Positions 10,285 to 19,175 of a stretch of DNA of 64,000 bases are shown one piece after another. Origin of the DNA: an uncultured Rickettsiales bacterium (GTDB taxonomy: Bacteria > Pseudomonadota > Alphaproteobacteria > Rs-D84). The notes under the pieces were generated by a model that was not told where the DNA came from, did not search any database, and saw only the letters and a program-made list of their open reading frames with translations. Positions within the stretch are counted from its first letter, which is position 1; every line of letters begins with the position of its first letter. The stretch spans positions 14,456 to 78,455 of the forward strand of contig URSG01000001.1 in assembly GCA_900550565.1 (NCBI GenBank). Direction: 5' to 3'. The position numbers and the translations under genes were made by a program.

Positions 10285-10935
10285 ATGTCAAACACATCAC
10301 AACGGATTATCATTGGTGGCATAATGGCATTGATTGCTGGGGCCGCTGCATTGGGCGAATATTTCGGATTTCACGCGGTTCGTTATCTGGCAATATTTGT
10401 CGTGTTGGGTATGATTGCAGAATTGATTTTGGCGATAATTCGCACGCCACACAATCAACTGTTGCAAAACAAGACCTGGCTGGTCGGCGCTGGTTTTCTG
10501 GTGTGGCTGCTTGTCGTATTGGCGGCGGCAAATTCGGTCGGCGCGCGCCCGTGGATTATGTTGCTGTTATTACTGATTATCAGTGGCGCAGACATTGGTG
10601 CGTGGTTCTTTGGCCGGTTGCTGGGGGGCGACAAAATGTGGGAACGCCTGTCCGAGCATAAAACCTGGTCTGGGCAAATCGCCGGTATTTTGTGCGGAAC
10701 ATTTATGTCTGTTATGTATGGTCTGTTGGGGACAGATATGTTTATGCCGCAACTGATGTGGATTGGTATCAGTGTCGCGTTATTGAGTCAATATGGTGAC
10801 CTGACTGCCAGTTGGGTAAAACGCCGTCTGGGAATCAAGGATTTTGGTCGTATATTACCCGGACACGGCGGTATGCTGGACCGGTTTGACGGTTGGATTT
10901 ACGCACTGGTTTTGGTGTGGCTGGTTATGATGTAG
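10285..10935 (+). CDS. cdsA: Phosphatidate cytidylyltransferase (short form)
   Basis: Multi-TM protein with the C-terminal signature SxxKRxxGIKDFGxxLPGHGGMLDRFD. Confidence 0.85.
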   Translation: MSNTSQRIIIGGIMALIAGAAALGEYFGFHAVRYLAIFVVLGMIAELILAIIRTPHNQLLQNKTWLVGAGFLVWLLVVLAAANSVGARPWIMLLLLLIISGADIGAWFFGRLLGGDKMWERLSEHKTWSGQIAGILCGTFMSVMYGLLGTDMFMPQLMWIGISVALLSQYGDLTASWVKRRLGIKDFGRILPGHGGMLDRFDGWIYALVLVWLVMM

Positions 10936-10954
10936 GGCTGTGGGGGTCTGTGAA

Positions 10955-12013
10955 ATGCATATTATTTTATCCGTCATCGCATTGCTGGTTGTTCTGGGCG
11001 CGGTGGTGTTTATTCACGAACTGGGACACTTTTTCGCGGCACGTTGGGCGGGCGTTCGTGTGGACAAATTTTCAATCGGGTTCGGCCCAGCGATTATAAA
11101 GTGGCACGACCGACACGGCACACAATGGCAAATCGCCTGTCTGCCACTGGGCGGATACGTTTCTATTTACGGCCAGGATATGATGTTCAATCGTGGTGAA
11201 TACAAAAAATTAAGCGCAGAAAAAAAGCGTGGCCATTATTTATCTGCGCCTGCGTGGAAACAGTTTGTAATTATTGCCGCCGGCGTCACGATGAATTTTT
11301 TCCTGGCGTGGTTGATTTATTCTGGAATGTTTATGGCACGTCCCAAAAATGTCCAGTTGCCCGTCGTTGGCCAGGTTATCCAGGAATCTGTTGCGTTTAA
11401 CGCTGGCGTTAAACCAGGCGACATAATTATGCGCATTGACGGCGAAAAAATCACGAACTGGGGCGAATTGATTATTGCCAAAGAATTGGCGTCAAACCGC
11501 ACGGCGGACGTTGTAATTTTGCGCGGTGAAAAATTGGTAAATGCTGAATTGGGGCCGGCCGCACGTTGGGGACTGATTGCCGACGGCAGCAAAACAGAAC
11601 TACGCAAAAAGGGATTTTTTGGCGCGATATTATCTGGGGCGCGTGAAACGTATTACCAGTCCAAGACGTTGTTGGTCATATTGAAACAGATTGTGACCGG
11701 CGAACGTTCGTCCAAGCAACTGGGGTCATTTATCACCATTGCCCAGGTTTCTGGCCAGGCATTAGAGACAGGAATCTTTGCCTTGTTATCTATTATCGCC
11801 TTGCTGTCGGTGAATTTGGCTGTTATAAATCTGTTGCCGATGCCGGTATTAGATGGGGGGTATCTGATGATTTTGATTATAGAGGGTATAACCCGTCGCA
11901 AACTGGGCGGTCGCGGTATGGAAATAGCAATCATTATTGGTTGGTTTTTGATATTCTGTTTATTTGCGTTGACCATGTGGAATGATTTGGCACGCGTATT
12001 TGGGTTGAACTAA
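10955..12013 (+). CDS. rseP: RIP zinc metalloprotease RseP (site-2 protease)
   Basis: HELGHF motif in TM1, central PDZ-like region, C-terminal LPxPxLDGG motif. ATG 10955 (GGGGG SD) is preferred over the track GTG 10940. Confidence 0.88.
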   Translation: MHIILSVIALLVVLGAVVFIHELGHFFAARWAGVRVDKFSIGFGPAIIKWHDRHGTQWQIACLPLGGYVSIYGQDMMFNRGEYKKLSAEKKRGHYLSAPAWKQFVIIAAGVTMNFFLAWLIYSGMFMARPKNVQLPVVGQVIQESVAFNAGVKPGDIIMRIDGEKITNWGELIIAKELASNRTADVVILRGEKLVNAELGPAARWGLIADGSKTELRKKGFFGAILSGARETYYQSKTLLVILKQIVTGERSSKQLGSFITIAQVSGQALETGIFALLSIIALLSVNLAVINLLPMPVLDGGYLMILIIEGITRRKLGGRGMEIAIIIGWFLIFCLFALTMWNDLARVFGLN

Positions 12014-12015
12014 AA

Positions 12016-14286
12016 ATGAAAACGAAAAAATTTTTTATTGCAACAGTATGCGCGATTACCGCCGGCGGTGCCGATGCAGCAACCGTATCACGCATTGACG
12101 TCACAGGGGCGCGCCGTATGGACAGCGAGTCTATTCGCATTTTGTCTGATGTGAAAATCGGCGACACCGTGGGCGAGGCACGCACCAACGAAATCGCCAA
12201 GAAATTACAAGAAAGCGGATATTTTTCACGCATCAATGTTCGTATGGCTGGCGATGTGCTGAAAATTGACGTGGCCGAGGCCCCAACCGTCAATATGGTC
12301 ACCGTTGAAGGAAACGACGAAATATCCACTGATGATTTAAAGAAAGAAATTCGCCTGAAAGAACGCGCCTCGTATGACGAGTCTGTTATTGGCGCAGACA
12401 CCCAGCGTATGCTGACCATATACCAGCGCAAGGGTTTTTTTGGCACAAAAATAGAACCCAAGAAAATTGAACTGGACGACAATCGCGTGAACGTCGTCTA
12501 TGAAATTACCGAAGGTCACCCGACATATATCACAAAGATTGAATTTGCCGGCAACAAACGTTTTCGTTCCAGTGTATTGCGCGGTGCAATTCTGTCGCGC
12601 GAACACGCCTGGTGGCGTTTTATGACACAGTTTGACGTCTTTGACGAAGACCGCATCCAATACGACCAACAGTTGTTGCGTCAATATTATCTGCGCAATG
12701 GTTATGCCGACGTCCAGATAACGGACACAACGGGGGTATTTACACCTGACCGGCAATACTATTCTGTGAAATTCACGATTGACGAAGGGAAAAAATATAA
12801 ATTCGGCAAACTGACAGTTGACAACCCGTTTGACGATGTCCCTGACAGTGAACTGATGGACGCGATGAAAATGTCGCGTGGCGATACATATAATATTGAC
12901 GAAGTGGACGAAACAATTTCTGCCCTGCGTGGGGTTGTTGCCGATCACGGTTATGCGTTTATCAATGTTGACCCAATTCCGACAAAGAACAATGAAACCC
13001 GAACCATTGATATGGTGTTCAAAATTCAAAAGACCAATCGTGTTTATTTGAATTCTATCAATATCTTGGGCAACGTGCGCACATTTGACACCGTTATTCA
13101 ACAGTTGATTCCGATGCGCCCCGGCGACCCGTTTTCATTACAGACCATTGAACAAGGACGCCAGAATTTGATGCGCACCCGTTATTTCAAAGACGTCCAG
13201 ATGGTGCCAACCCGTGTTGCAGATGCCAATATGATGAATTTGGACATCAAGGTAGAAGAACAACCAACCGGCGAACTGTCTGGGGGATTTGGCTGGTCAA
13301 ACATAAACGGATTTATGGTTGACGCCGGAATTACCGAAAATAACTTTATGGGACGTGGTCAGACGGTGCAACTGCGCGGTTCTATTGCCCAGTACCAGAA
13401 ACAGGCCCTGTTCAGTTTCACAGAACCGTATTTGTTCGGTCGTGCGTTATCAGGCGGATTTGACGTATCATACACAATGTATAACTATTCATCATTGGGT
13501 GGTTTCGGATACGACCGTGATTCATTGACACTGGCGACGCGTATGGGTTGGCGTTTAACCGACCATTGGACCCAGACGGTGCGTCTGTCTGCGTCATTTG
13601 ACCAAAACTATGACCTGCAAATGGGCAGCAAGTGGCGCAACTCTGACCTGTACACGTTGGGGACATATTTGAAATATTATAATCTGGATACCAATTTCCA
13701 ACAGAACACGCACACCGGTGTTGTGGCAAACCTGGGGTTGGCATATACCGGATTTGGTGGCACAGAAACATTTATGCGATACAGTGCGGACATAACCGGT
13801 ATGATAAAGTTCTTGGACGACCGGTGGCAATTACGTTCATCACTGGATTTTGGTTATATCCAGCCATTGGACGACGATTACGTGTCCCGTGTTTATCGTT
13901 ATTTCTTGGGTGGTGAATCACTGCGTGGGTTTGACATTGCCGGCATCGGCAGCCGCAACTGGTATTACCAGTCATACTCGCTGGGCGGTATGTGGAAAAT
14001 CAACGGTTCAACCCAAATGAATTTCCCGATATTTATCCCAGATGAATACCAGGTCAAGGGATTTGTATTTGCCGACTATGGTATTCTGGGCAAACCGCCA
14101 CGTGATGAATACACGTATCTGGGGCGTGACAACTTTATTGACAGCGACCTGCGCACATCGGTTGGTTTTGGTATTTATTGGAATACGCCGATGGGCCCGA
14201 TGAATTTCAGTTGGGGCTGGCCGTTAAAGTTGAACAAGTATGACCAAGAACAACGTTTCTTGCTGTCATTTGAAACCCAGTTCTGA
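12016..14286 (+). CDS. bamA: Outer-membrane protein assembly factor BamA
   Basis: Signal peptide, POTRA repeats, and a C-terminal beta-barrel ending in ...SFETQF. Conserved position after rseP. Confidence 0.9.
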   Translation: MKTKKFFIATVCAITAGGADAATVSRIDVTGARRMDSESIRILSDVKIGDTVGEARTNEIAKKLQESGYFSRINVRMAGDVLKIDVAEAPTVNMVTVEGNDEISTDDLKKEIRLKERASYDESVIGADTQRMLTIYQRKGFFGTKIEPKKIELDDNRVNVVYEITEGHPTYITKIEFAGNKRFRSSVLRGAILSREHAWWRFMTQFDVFDEDRIQYDQQLLRQYYLRNGYADVQITDTTGVFTPDRQYYSVKFTIDEGKKYKFGKLTVDNPFDDVPDSELMDAMKMSRGDTYNIDEVDETISALRGVVADHGYAFINVDPIPTKNNETRTIDMVFKIQKTNRVYLNSINILGNVRTFDTVIQQLIPMRPGDPFSLQTIEQGRQNLMRTRYFKDVQMVPTRVADANMMNLDIKVEEQPTGELSGGFGWSNINGFMVDAGITENNFMGRGQTVQLRGSIAQYQKQALFSFTEPYLFGRALSGGFDVSYTMYNYSSLGGFGYDRDSLTLATRMGWRLTDHWTQTVRLSASFDQNYDLQMGSKWRNSDLYTLGTYLKYYNLDTNFQQNTHTGVVANLGLAYTGFGGTETFMRYSADITGMIKFLDDRWQLRSSLDFGYIQPLDDDYVSRVYRYFLGGESLRGFDIAGIGSRNWYYQSYSLGGMWKINGSTQMNFPIFIPDEYQVKGFVFADYGILGKPPRDEYTYLGRDNFIDSDLRTSVGFGIYWNTPMGPMNFSWGWPLKLNKYDQEQRFLLSFETQF

Positions 14287-14287
14287 T

Positions 14288-14316
14288 AAAAATGCCCCGT
14301 CGGGGCATTTTTATTT
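14288..14316. terminator. Bidirectional terminator between bamA and the convergent T4SS-like operon
   Basis: AATGCCCC-GTC-GGGGCATT hairpin with flanking A and T runs. Confidence 0.75.
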
Positions 14317-14403
14317 TCATTTTGTATAGTATATCAATTTGGTTATTTGTGGAATCACAGAATCAGGAAAGAAACGCGATAATCCGGCCGTGGGAAACGC
14401 GCC

Positions 14404-15195
14404 CTAGAACGCATACGGTTTGGCCTGGAAATAATCACGTGCCTGTTTTACATTTTTTGCCGCGTCTGCTGCATTGCGGCCGTTATCCACCAAATCCAGC
14501 GACCCATAATACGCCGTCATCATCGGGTCATAGGCATTTGTGCTGGAAATCCATTTATCTGTGCCAGAATTTGGCGCACCATACTTGTCCAAGACATTTT
14601 GCCAGAACACCAATATTTTCTTTTGACGCTGGTTTTCAAATTTTTCGGCTGCGCCCTCTAACTCGTTCACGTCATTATTATACACAACGCGCCACACGAC
14701 ATTATCGGTTGCATTGCTGGTAAAATACACGGTTATCGTTTCGCCGGTATTTTCACGCACCAGGTGCAATTCAGACGCATACATCAGTCCACGATTGCGC
14801 GCCAGACTGTTGATACACTTGGTCAATTCGGCCGGGACAACAGTGCCATTTTGACGACACTCGTAATCCAAATTGTATTTCCAATCCTGGGCGATTGAAT
14901 AGATTATGCTGTTTTCTTTGCGTGGCGCATACAGGCCACGTGTCTTGAAAAACAATGTCTGGACGTCATCAAACGACATTCCCAACATAATACCCGCAAT
15001 GTCAAACCCAGATACCGCGGCCGACGACGCGCCAACATTCAGCGCAACAGACGATAAATTGATGTCATCGGTCCCTGCGTCTGTGACAATAAAGTTTTCA
15101 AAATCCATTGGGTCCACATCGCCGTTTGCGTCAACCGCAAACGCCATCGCTGGCGCAACACACAAAATCATAAAGAAAGCAAATATACGTTTCAT
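14404..15195 (-). CDS. Secreted protein of unknown function (last gene of the VirB7/VirB8-like operon)
   Basis: Signal peptide MKRIFAFFMILCVAPAMAFA. No motif recognised. Confidence 0.5.
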   Translation of the reverse strand: MKRIFAFFMILCVAPAMAFAVDANGDVDPMDFENFIVTDAGTDDINLSSVALNVGASSAAVSGFDIAGIMLGMSFDDVQTLFFKTRGLYAPRKENSIIYSIAQDWKYNLDYECRQNGTVVPAELTKCINSLARNRGLMYASELHLVRENTGETITVYFTSNATDNVVWRVVYNNDVNELEGAAEKFENQRQKKILVFWQNVLDKYGAPNSGTDKWISSTNAYDPMMTAYYGSLDLVDNGRNAADAAKNVKQARDYFQAKPYAF

Positions 15196-15212
15196 AAATT
15201 ACCCCAATGCGA

Positions 15213-15854
15213 TTATTTTAACACAACCTCTTCTACGCGAAATTTGAACAGTCCTGCGGGGTCAGCGCCACCCGACAAACGACGACGCACCCCATATTTT
15301 ATCACAGATTCACGAATCCCAGGTTCATACGAAACCCTTAGGAACATTGTTCCCTTGGTCACAACCGGCCCAGTTGCCAGATTATTTGGTGTTTGCCACG
15401 TCCGCAATTCATAATCTGCACGCCAATAGTCGCCGTTGCCAGGGCGCGTAATATCACCAACAACGTTCACCGTGCGCATCATACCCTTGGTCGCCATATT
15501 TTGAATTTCTGGCGCAATGCTAGATTTCCAATAACTAAATACATTTTTAGACGATGTGTTGGCCAGCATACCGTTTGCCGCACTGTGCGTCTGGACATAT
15601 TCGCCGTCGGGCAAAACACTGAAATATTCAGAAACATAATGCGAAATCAGCATATTTATCATACGCGTGTCGCCCAATTCAGACGCCGTTTCTAATTCGC
15701 CCGGCCGGTCAGTTGACAGATTGTTCGGCCGAAAGAAATATGTATCAACCTCGCGACGTTCCCCGGCATCATATATTGCCCCAGTCAAAAATATTGCGCC
15801 AAATACCAGCACAAGTAATAATACCCCGGTAAAAAACATCAATATCTTTTTCAT
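15213..15854 (-). CDS. Divergent VirB8-like bitopic membrane protein (paralogue of the upstream gene)
   Basis: Single N-terminal TM helix followed by a ~180-aa periplasmic domain. VirB8-like size and topology; the C-terminal ...PAGLFKFRVEEV resembles the NPLGF-x-V-x-x-Y end of VirB8. Start overlaps the upstream stop by 1 nt. Confidence 0.4.
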   Translation of the reverse strand: MKKILMFFTGVLLLVLVFGAIFLTGAIYDAGERREVDTYFFRPNNLSTDRPGELETASELGDTRMINMLISHYVSEYFSVLPDGEYVQTHSAANGMLANTSSKNVFSYWKSSIAPEIQNMATKGMMRTVNVVGDITRPGNGDYWRADYELRTWQTPNNLATGPVVTKGTMFLRVSYEPGIRESVIKYGVRRRLSGGADPAGLFKFRVEEVVLK

Positions 15855-16549
15855 CAGTTCAATCTGTATGCGTTAAAATCCGTTATATAATATCCCAATG
15901 TGCGTGGATATGATTTTGTATCACGCCCGACGCGCATAAATGCGATAATCTGCATAGATGGTGTGACATTCCCAGAAATCGTCGCGCGCACACGCCACAT
16001 TCCGCCACCGTCACCAACGCCGCCAACCGGTTCAATTCGCAATGACGATGTATCCAGCACCAAACGTCCCGACGCCGCGGCAATATCCTGCCAGGTGGGG
16101 ACAACCTTGTATATAAATTTATTAAACACCTCGTCGCTGGTGGCACAACATATCGCATACGTTTTATCTGTGTATGCCGTCGCATTATCAGAAGCACAAT
16201 CCTGTTCGCGGTCACAGGTTTTCCACAATGCCTGGTTTTCAGCATCATCACCAACCGTGAACCAATCACGTGTGAAATTCGCAACCAATGATTCCTGCAT
16301 TGTTCGTGCCACAGTGTATTTCACCCTGCCGTGGGCGTGTTCAACCGTCGTCCAGGTTCCCGTCACGTTATCAACTGATATAATAAACGGTTCAACCGTC
16401 GCACTGCGCGTTGTCCATATCAGCAATCCGCACACGCATATAATCAGAAAAAACAGCAACGACACCAAAATAGACGCAGCACGGGAAACAGCAATGCGTT
16501 TTCCCGCTGGAAATGCCGGTGTATCAAAATTATTTGGATAATCCAACAA
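15854..16549 (-). CDS. virB8: Type IV secretion protein VirB8
   Basis: Cytoplasmic N-terminus, one TM, then TVEPFIISVDNVTG (the VirB8 PLKxxEPxVxxVDxxTG-type motif). C-terminal PRTLGYYITDFNAYR resembles NPLGFxVxxYR. TTG start behind a GGGGGGA SD. Confidence 0.65.
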   Translation of the reverse strand: MLDYPNNFDTPAFPAGKRIAVSRAASILVSLLFFLIICVCGLLIWTTRSATVEPFIISVDNVTGTWTTVEHAHGRVKYTVARTMQESLVANFTRDWFTVGDDAENQALWKTCDREQDCASDNATAYTDKTYAICCATSDEVFNKFIYKVVPTWQDIAAASGRLVLDTSSLRIEPVGGVGDGGGMWRVRATISGNVTPSMQIIAFMRVGRDTKSYPRTLGYYITDFNAYRLN

Positions 16550-16579
16550 AATCCCCCCACATAAATTTATCGGTGGATT

Positions 16580-16726
16580 TTATGCCTGGAATACCATAAT
16601 ACAGGCGCACGGACTCAGTTTCAATTCGTTGTTGTCATAACCGACACCCACAGGTTCGCGGTCATATACCTGGCCACAGCCAGCCAACGCCAACGCAACA
16701 AAGAACGCCAGAAATACTTTCTTCAT
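16580..16726 (-). CDS. 48-aa lipoprotein, VirB7-like by position and size
   Basis: Not in the ORF track (<60 aa). Own translation: MKKVFLAFFVALALAGCGQVYDREPVGVGYDNNELKLSPCACIMVFQA. Lipobox LAGC, AAGAGGGGA SD, and it lies directly upstream of virB8. Confidence 0.5.
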   Translation of the reverse strand: MKKVFLAFFVALALAGCGQVYDREPVGVGYDNNELKLSPCACIMVFQA

Positions 16727-16874
16727 GATTTTTCCCCTCTTTGCTTTCAATTCTTGGTTAAATTATAAGAAAATTCACGCGCCCCGGTCAAGGATAAAAA
16801 CACATATTTACCGGCACTGGCGACCAGATTTTTATTTATAGCCTTTGTTTGACAAGATTGCTATAATTACTGGT

Positions 16875-17216
16875 ATGAATTCTTATGAATCTGGGTTATT
16901 TGCTGAATTCTTGGCGCGTATGTATTTGCGTCTGCACGGGTATCGGATTTTGCAATCGCGATATATTACTGGGCGCAACACAGGACGTGCTGAAATTGAC
17001 ATCATCGCGCGCCAGAAAAATACTATCGTTTTCATAGAGGTAAAGCGTCGTCCAACCATCGCCGCCGGCTGGGCCGCAATTACGCATAAACAAAGCGCGC
17101 GCCTGCGTCGCAGTGCAGAAACATTTTTGACGCAAAAATATCCCGGATTTGACGCGCGTTTTGATGTGATAATCGTGTGTGGCCTGCGCGTTGTCCACGC
17201 ACGCGCGGCAATATAA
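16875..17216 (+). CDS. yraN: YraN family (UPF0102) endonuclease-like protein
   Basis: GxxAEx(6)L...GYxIL...R....GEIDIIA...IVFIEVK pattern. ATG 16875 is preferred over the track TTG 16845. A TATAAT at 16862-16867 sits 7 nt upstream (possibly leaderless). Confidence 0.8.
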   Translation: MNSYESGLFAEFLARMYLRLHGYRILQSRYITGRNTGRAEIDIIARQKNTIVFIEVKRRPTIAAGWAAITHKQSARLRRSAETFLTQKYPGFDARFDVIIVCGLRVVHARAAI

Positions 17217-17220
17217 ATAC

Positions 17221-17249
17221 TTGCATTTAGGAATCACTTCTTGTATAAT
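17221..17249 (+). promoter_or_regulatory. Sigma-70-like promoter of the small lipoprotein gene
   Basis: TTGCAT - 17 nt - TATAAT. Confidence 0.5.
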
Positions 17250-17280
17250 TTACCCAGACTTTTGGACAAAAGGAGAAAAT

Positions 17281-17433
17281 ATGAAAAAAGTTATGTTGGC
17301 ATTGTTTGCCGTTATGACATTGGCCGCCTGCACAGGTTCTTATAAATCTGGCAACTGCGAATACGATTTCTTGCTGCACAAAGATATTTCTATCTCTAAA
17401 TTGATTGGCAATGCAACAGGTGGTTGCAAATAA
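17281..17433 (+). CDS. 50-aa lipoprotein, unknown function
   Basis: AAAGGAG SD. MKKVMLALFAVMTLAAC lipobox. Terminator follows. Confidence 0.6.
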   Translation: MKKVMLALFAVMTLAACTGSYKSGNCEYDFLLHKDISISKLIGNATGGCK

Positions 17434-17438
17434 TAATC

Positions 17439-17467
17439 AAAACGGGGCGTCTGCCCCGTTTTTTATT
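17439..17467. terminator. Bidirectional terminator at the left edge of the phage-like cluster
   Basis: ACGGGGC-GTCT-GCCCCGT hairpin with A-run and T-run. Confidence 0.75.
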
Positions 17468-17723
17468 TTATAACGGCGGTTTTAATCAGTGACACGTCAT
17501 CGCGAATTGTATCCAGTTTTATCTGTAATTGACCGATGCCTGTTTCCAATATCGTCGTCCGATTTTCCAACGTGGTAATACGCGTGTCTGCGCGTTGAAT
17601 ATCCGCCAATGATGAATCCTGGCGCGCGACCCAATAAATCAGACCGCCGATAAACGCGATTAAAAACCAACTGTCGCGCAGGGTTGCGATTATACCGCCC
17701 AGTCCGTTTGATTCCTGTTTCAT
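17463..17723 (-). CDS. Small membrane-anchored coiled-coil protein (phage-like cluster)
   Basis: One TM (WFLIAFIGGLIYWV) followed by a heptad-like C-terminus. ATGA overlap with the upstream gene. Confidence 0.45.
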   Translation of the reverse strand: MKQESNGLGGIIATLRDSWFLIAFIGGLIYWVARQDSSLADIQRADTRITTLENRTTILETGIGQLQIKLDTIRDDVSLIKTAVIK

Positions 17724-17926
17724 TTTCGCCCCCGTGATATCATATTTTCAATCAAATGCACCAATGCGCGCTGGGATTCCAGACTGCGTAATTCTGCGTC
17801 TGTGGCATTTGGCCCCAAAACACGTTCAATCGTCATTTTTCGCAGATGCTGTAATACCGCCGCACCGGCGGCGGTTGAAAACGCACGTGCATAATTTTGT
17901 TCTGTTTCGTTCATAGTTTTCCCCAT
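17720..17926 (-). CDS. 68-aa conserved-looking small phage protein, unknown function
   Basis: Co-oriented with, and 2 nt downstream of, the portal gene. Confidence 0.4.
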   Translation of the reverse strand: MGKTMNETEQNYARAFSTAAGAAVLQHLRKMTIERVLGPNATDAELRSLESQRALVHLIENMISRGRK

Positions 17927-17928
17927 TG

Positions 17929-19152
17929 TTAAATCAAGTTTTCAGACACCGCCATTTGTGCGATTGGCGCAATGTATTTCAGTTCTGCGTCACTGTTCAG
18001 CGCGATTGGCGCAATCACCCCACGGCGCGATAAAATCTGTAATCCGCGGTCGGTCAACGGCCGAATAAATTCGTGCAGCAATCGCCCGTATGTCGCGCCC
18101 AGAATTCGCATCATATCCGAATTGCGCGCCATAATTTCGGTCGCGGTCATTTCTTTTTCAGACAGCAATCCCAATCGGTCGGCCAACAACGCGTGGCGAA
18201 TCCGTTCGCGCAGGTCTTTTAATATTATTTGCGACACATCAAAATCTGCACCCGACGACAGCGGTGTCAGCCCTGATGACCCAACGGCCTTGGGGATAAT
18301 TGCGCCCGGCGTCAGGTTTATATTGTTCAGATTTATGACGCCATCATCGTCGGCCTGCCATATCCCAGACACGGCAATCGTTGCGTTTTTCAGCACCAGT
18401 TCAACAACCTTGTTCGCGGTTTTAATATCTGGCAATGCGCGCAAGACCGGCCCACGACCGTATTGTTCACCGCTTAAAACACTCCACCGGAAAATGATGT
18501 ATGGATTGGTTTCAAATGTGCCACGCGCAACGATATTGTTTTCCAGATTTCCCCCAACGTCCAACCACGCGGTGAATTCTGTGCCAACCAAACTCTGGAC
18601 CAGGCGCAACGGCGTTGCCGGGTCGTGCTTGATTTGGTCAGCAACATCGGCCGGTGGCGTCCAAGTTGGATATTTTTCCAGCACTTCGTGCGCCGGCATT
18701 GTCGCTGTGTGAAATACTGCGCCTGGCAAAATCGCAATATCGCGCATAGGCACGGCCGTGAACGAAAACGCCGACGACGCGCCGATTGGTGTTTCTGCCA
18801 TAAACAGACACGCCGTCCCCAGAATCACCAAATCCAGATAGCATTGATGAATGGTGGTATAAAAATTTGAATCGTTCAGGTTCGCACGCAACGCCGCCGT
18901 CGCTACATCTGCGTCGGGGGACGCGTCGCTTTCCGGGACCAGTGATATCCACAGCGATTCTGGTGGCGTCATCAGCGAATATATTGACGCCGCCAGGTTG
19001 TCCACCGCGTCTGCCGCGGTTGCGTCAAACAGTGTTGCGGCATCTGCGTCGTCGGTCGGCATAGTATATCGCATTGCCGCGTCCCAGCGATTTAACCACG
19101 GCGCACGCGCGTCCAGTGCACGCCGATACATTTTTTCTAAATCATTTTGCAT
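17929..19152 (-). CDS. Portal (head-to-tail connector) protein, T7 gp8-like
   Basis: The N-terminus YRRALDARAPWLNRWDAAMRYTMP...AVDNLAASIYSLMTP parallels the T7-type connector N-terminus (YERLKNDRAPYETRAQ..YTIP...LNNLASKL..ALFP, recalled from memory). Adjacent to the terminase. Confidence 0.7.
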   Translation of the reverse strand: MQNDLEKMYRRALDARAPWLNRWDAAMRYTMPTDDADAATLFDATAADAVDNLAASIYSLMTPPESLWISLVPESDASPDADVATAALRANLNDSNFYTTIHQCYLDLVILGTACLFMAETPIGASSAFSFTAVPMRDIAILPGAVFHTATMPAHEVLEKYPTWTPPADVADQIKHDPATPLRLVQSLVGTEFTAWLDVGGNLENNIVARGTFETNPYIIFRWSVLSGEQYGRGPVLRALPDIKTANKVVELVLKNATIAVSGIWQADDDGVINLNNINLTPGAIIPKAVGSSGLTPLSSGADFDVSQIILKDLRERIRHALLADRLGLLSEKEMTATEIMARNSDMMRILGATYGRLLHEFIRPLTDRGLQILSRRGVIAPIALNSDAELKYIAPIAQMAVSENLI

Positions 19153-19175
19153 ATTTTCTCCCTAGGTTTCGTTGG

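Noticed and set aside
14404-15195. VirB9 as the identity of the 263-aa secreted protein after the VirB8 paralogues.
   Set aside because: The size and signal peptide fit, but I see none of the VirB9 sequence features. It is left as unknown.
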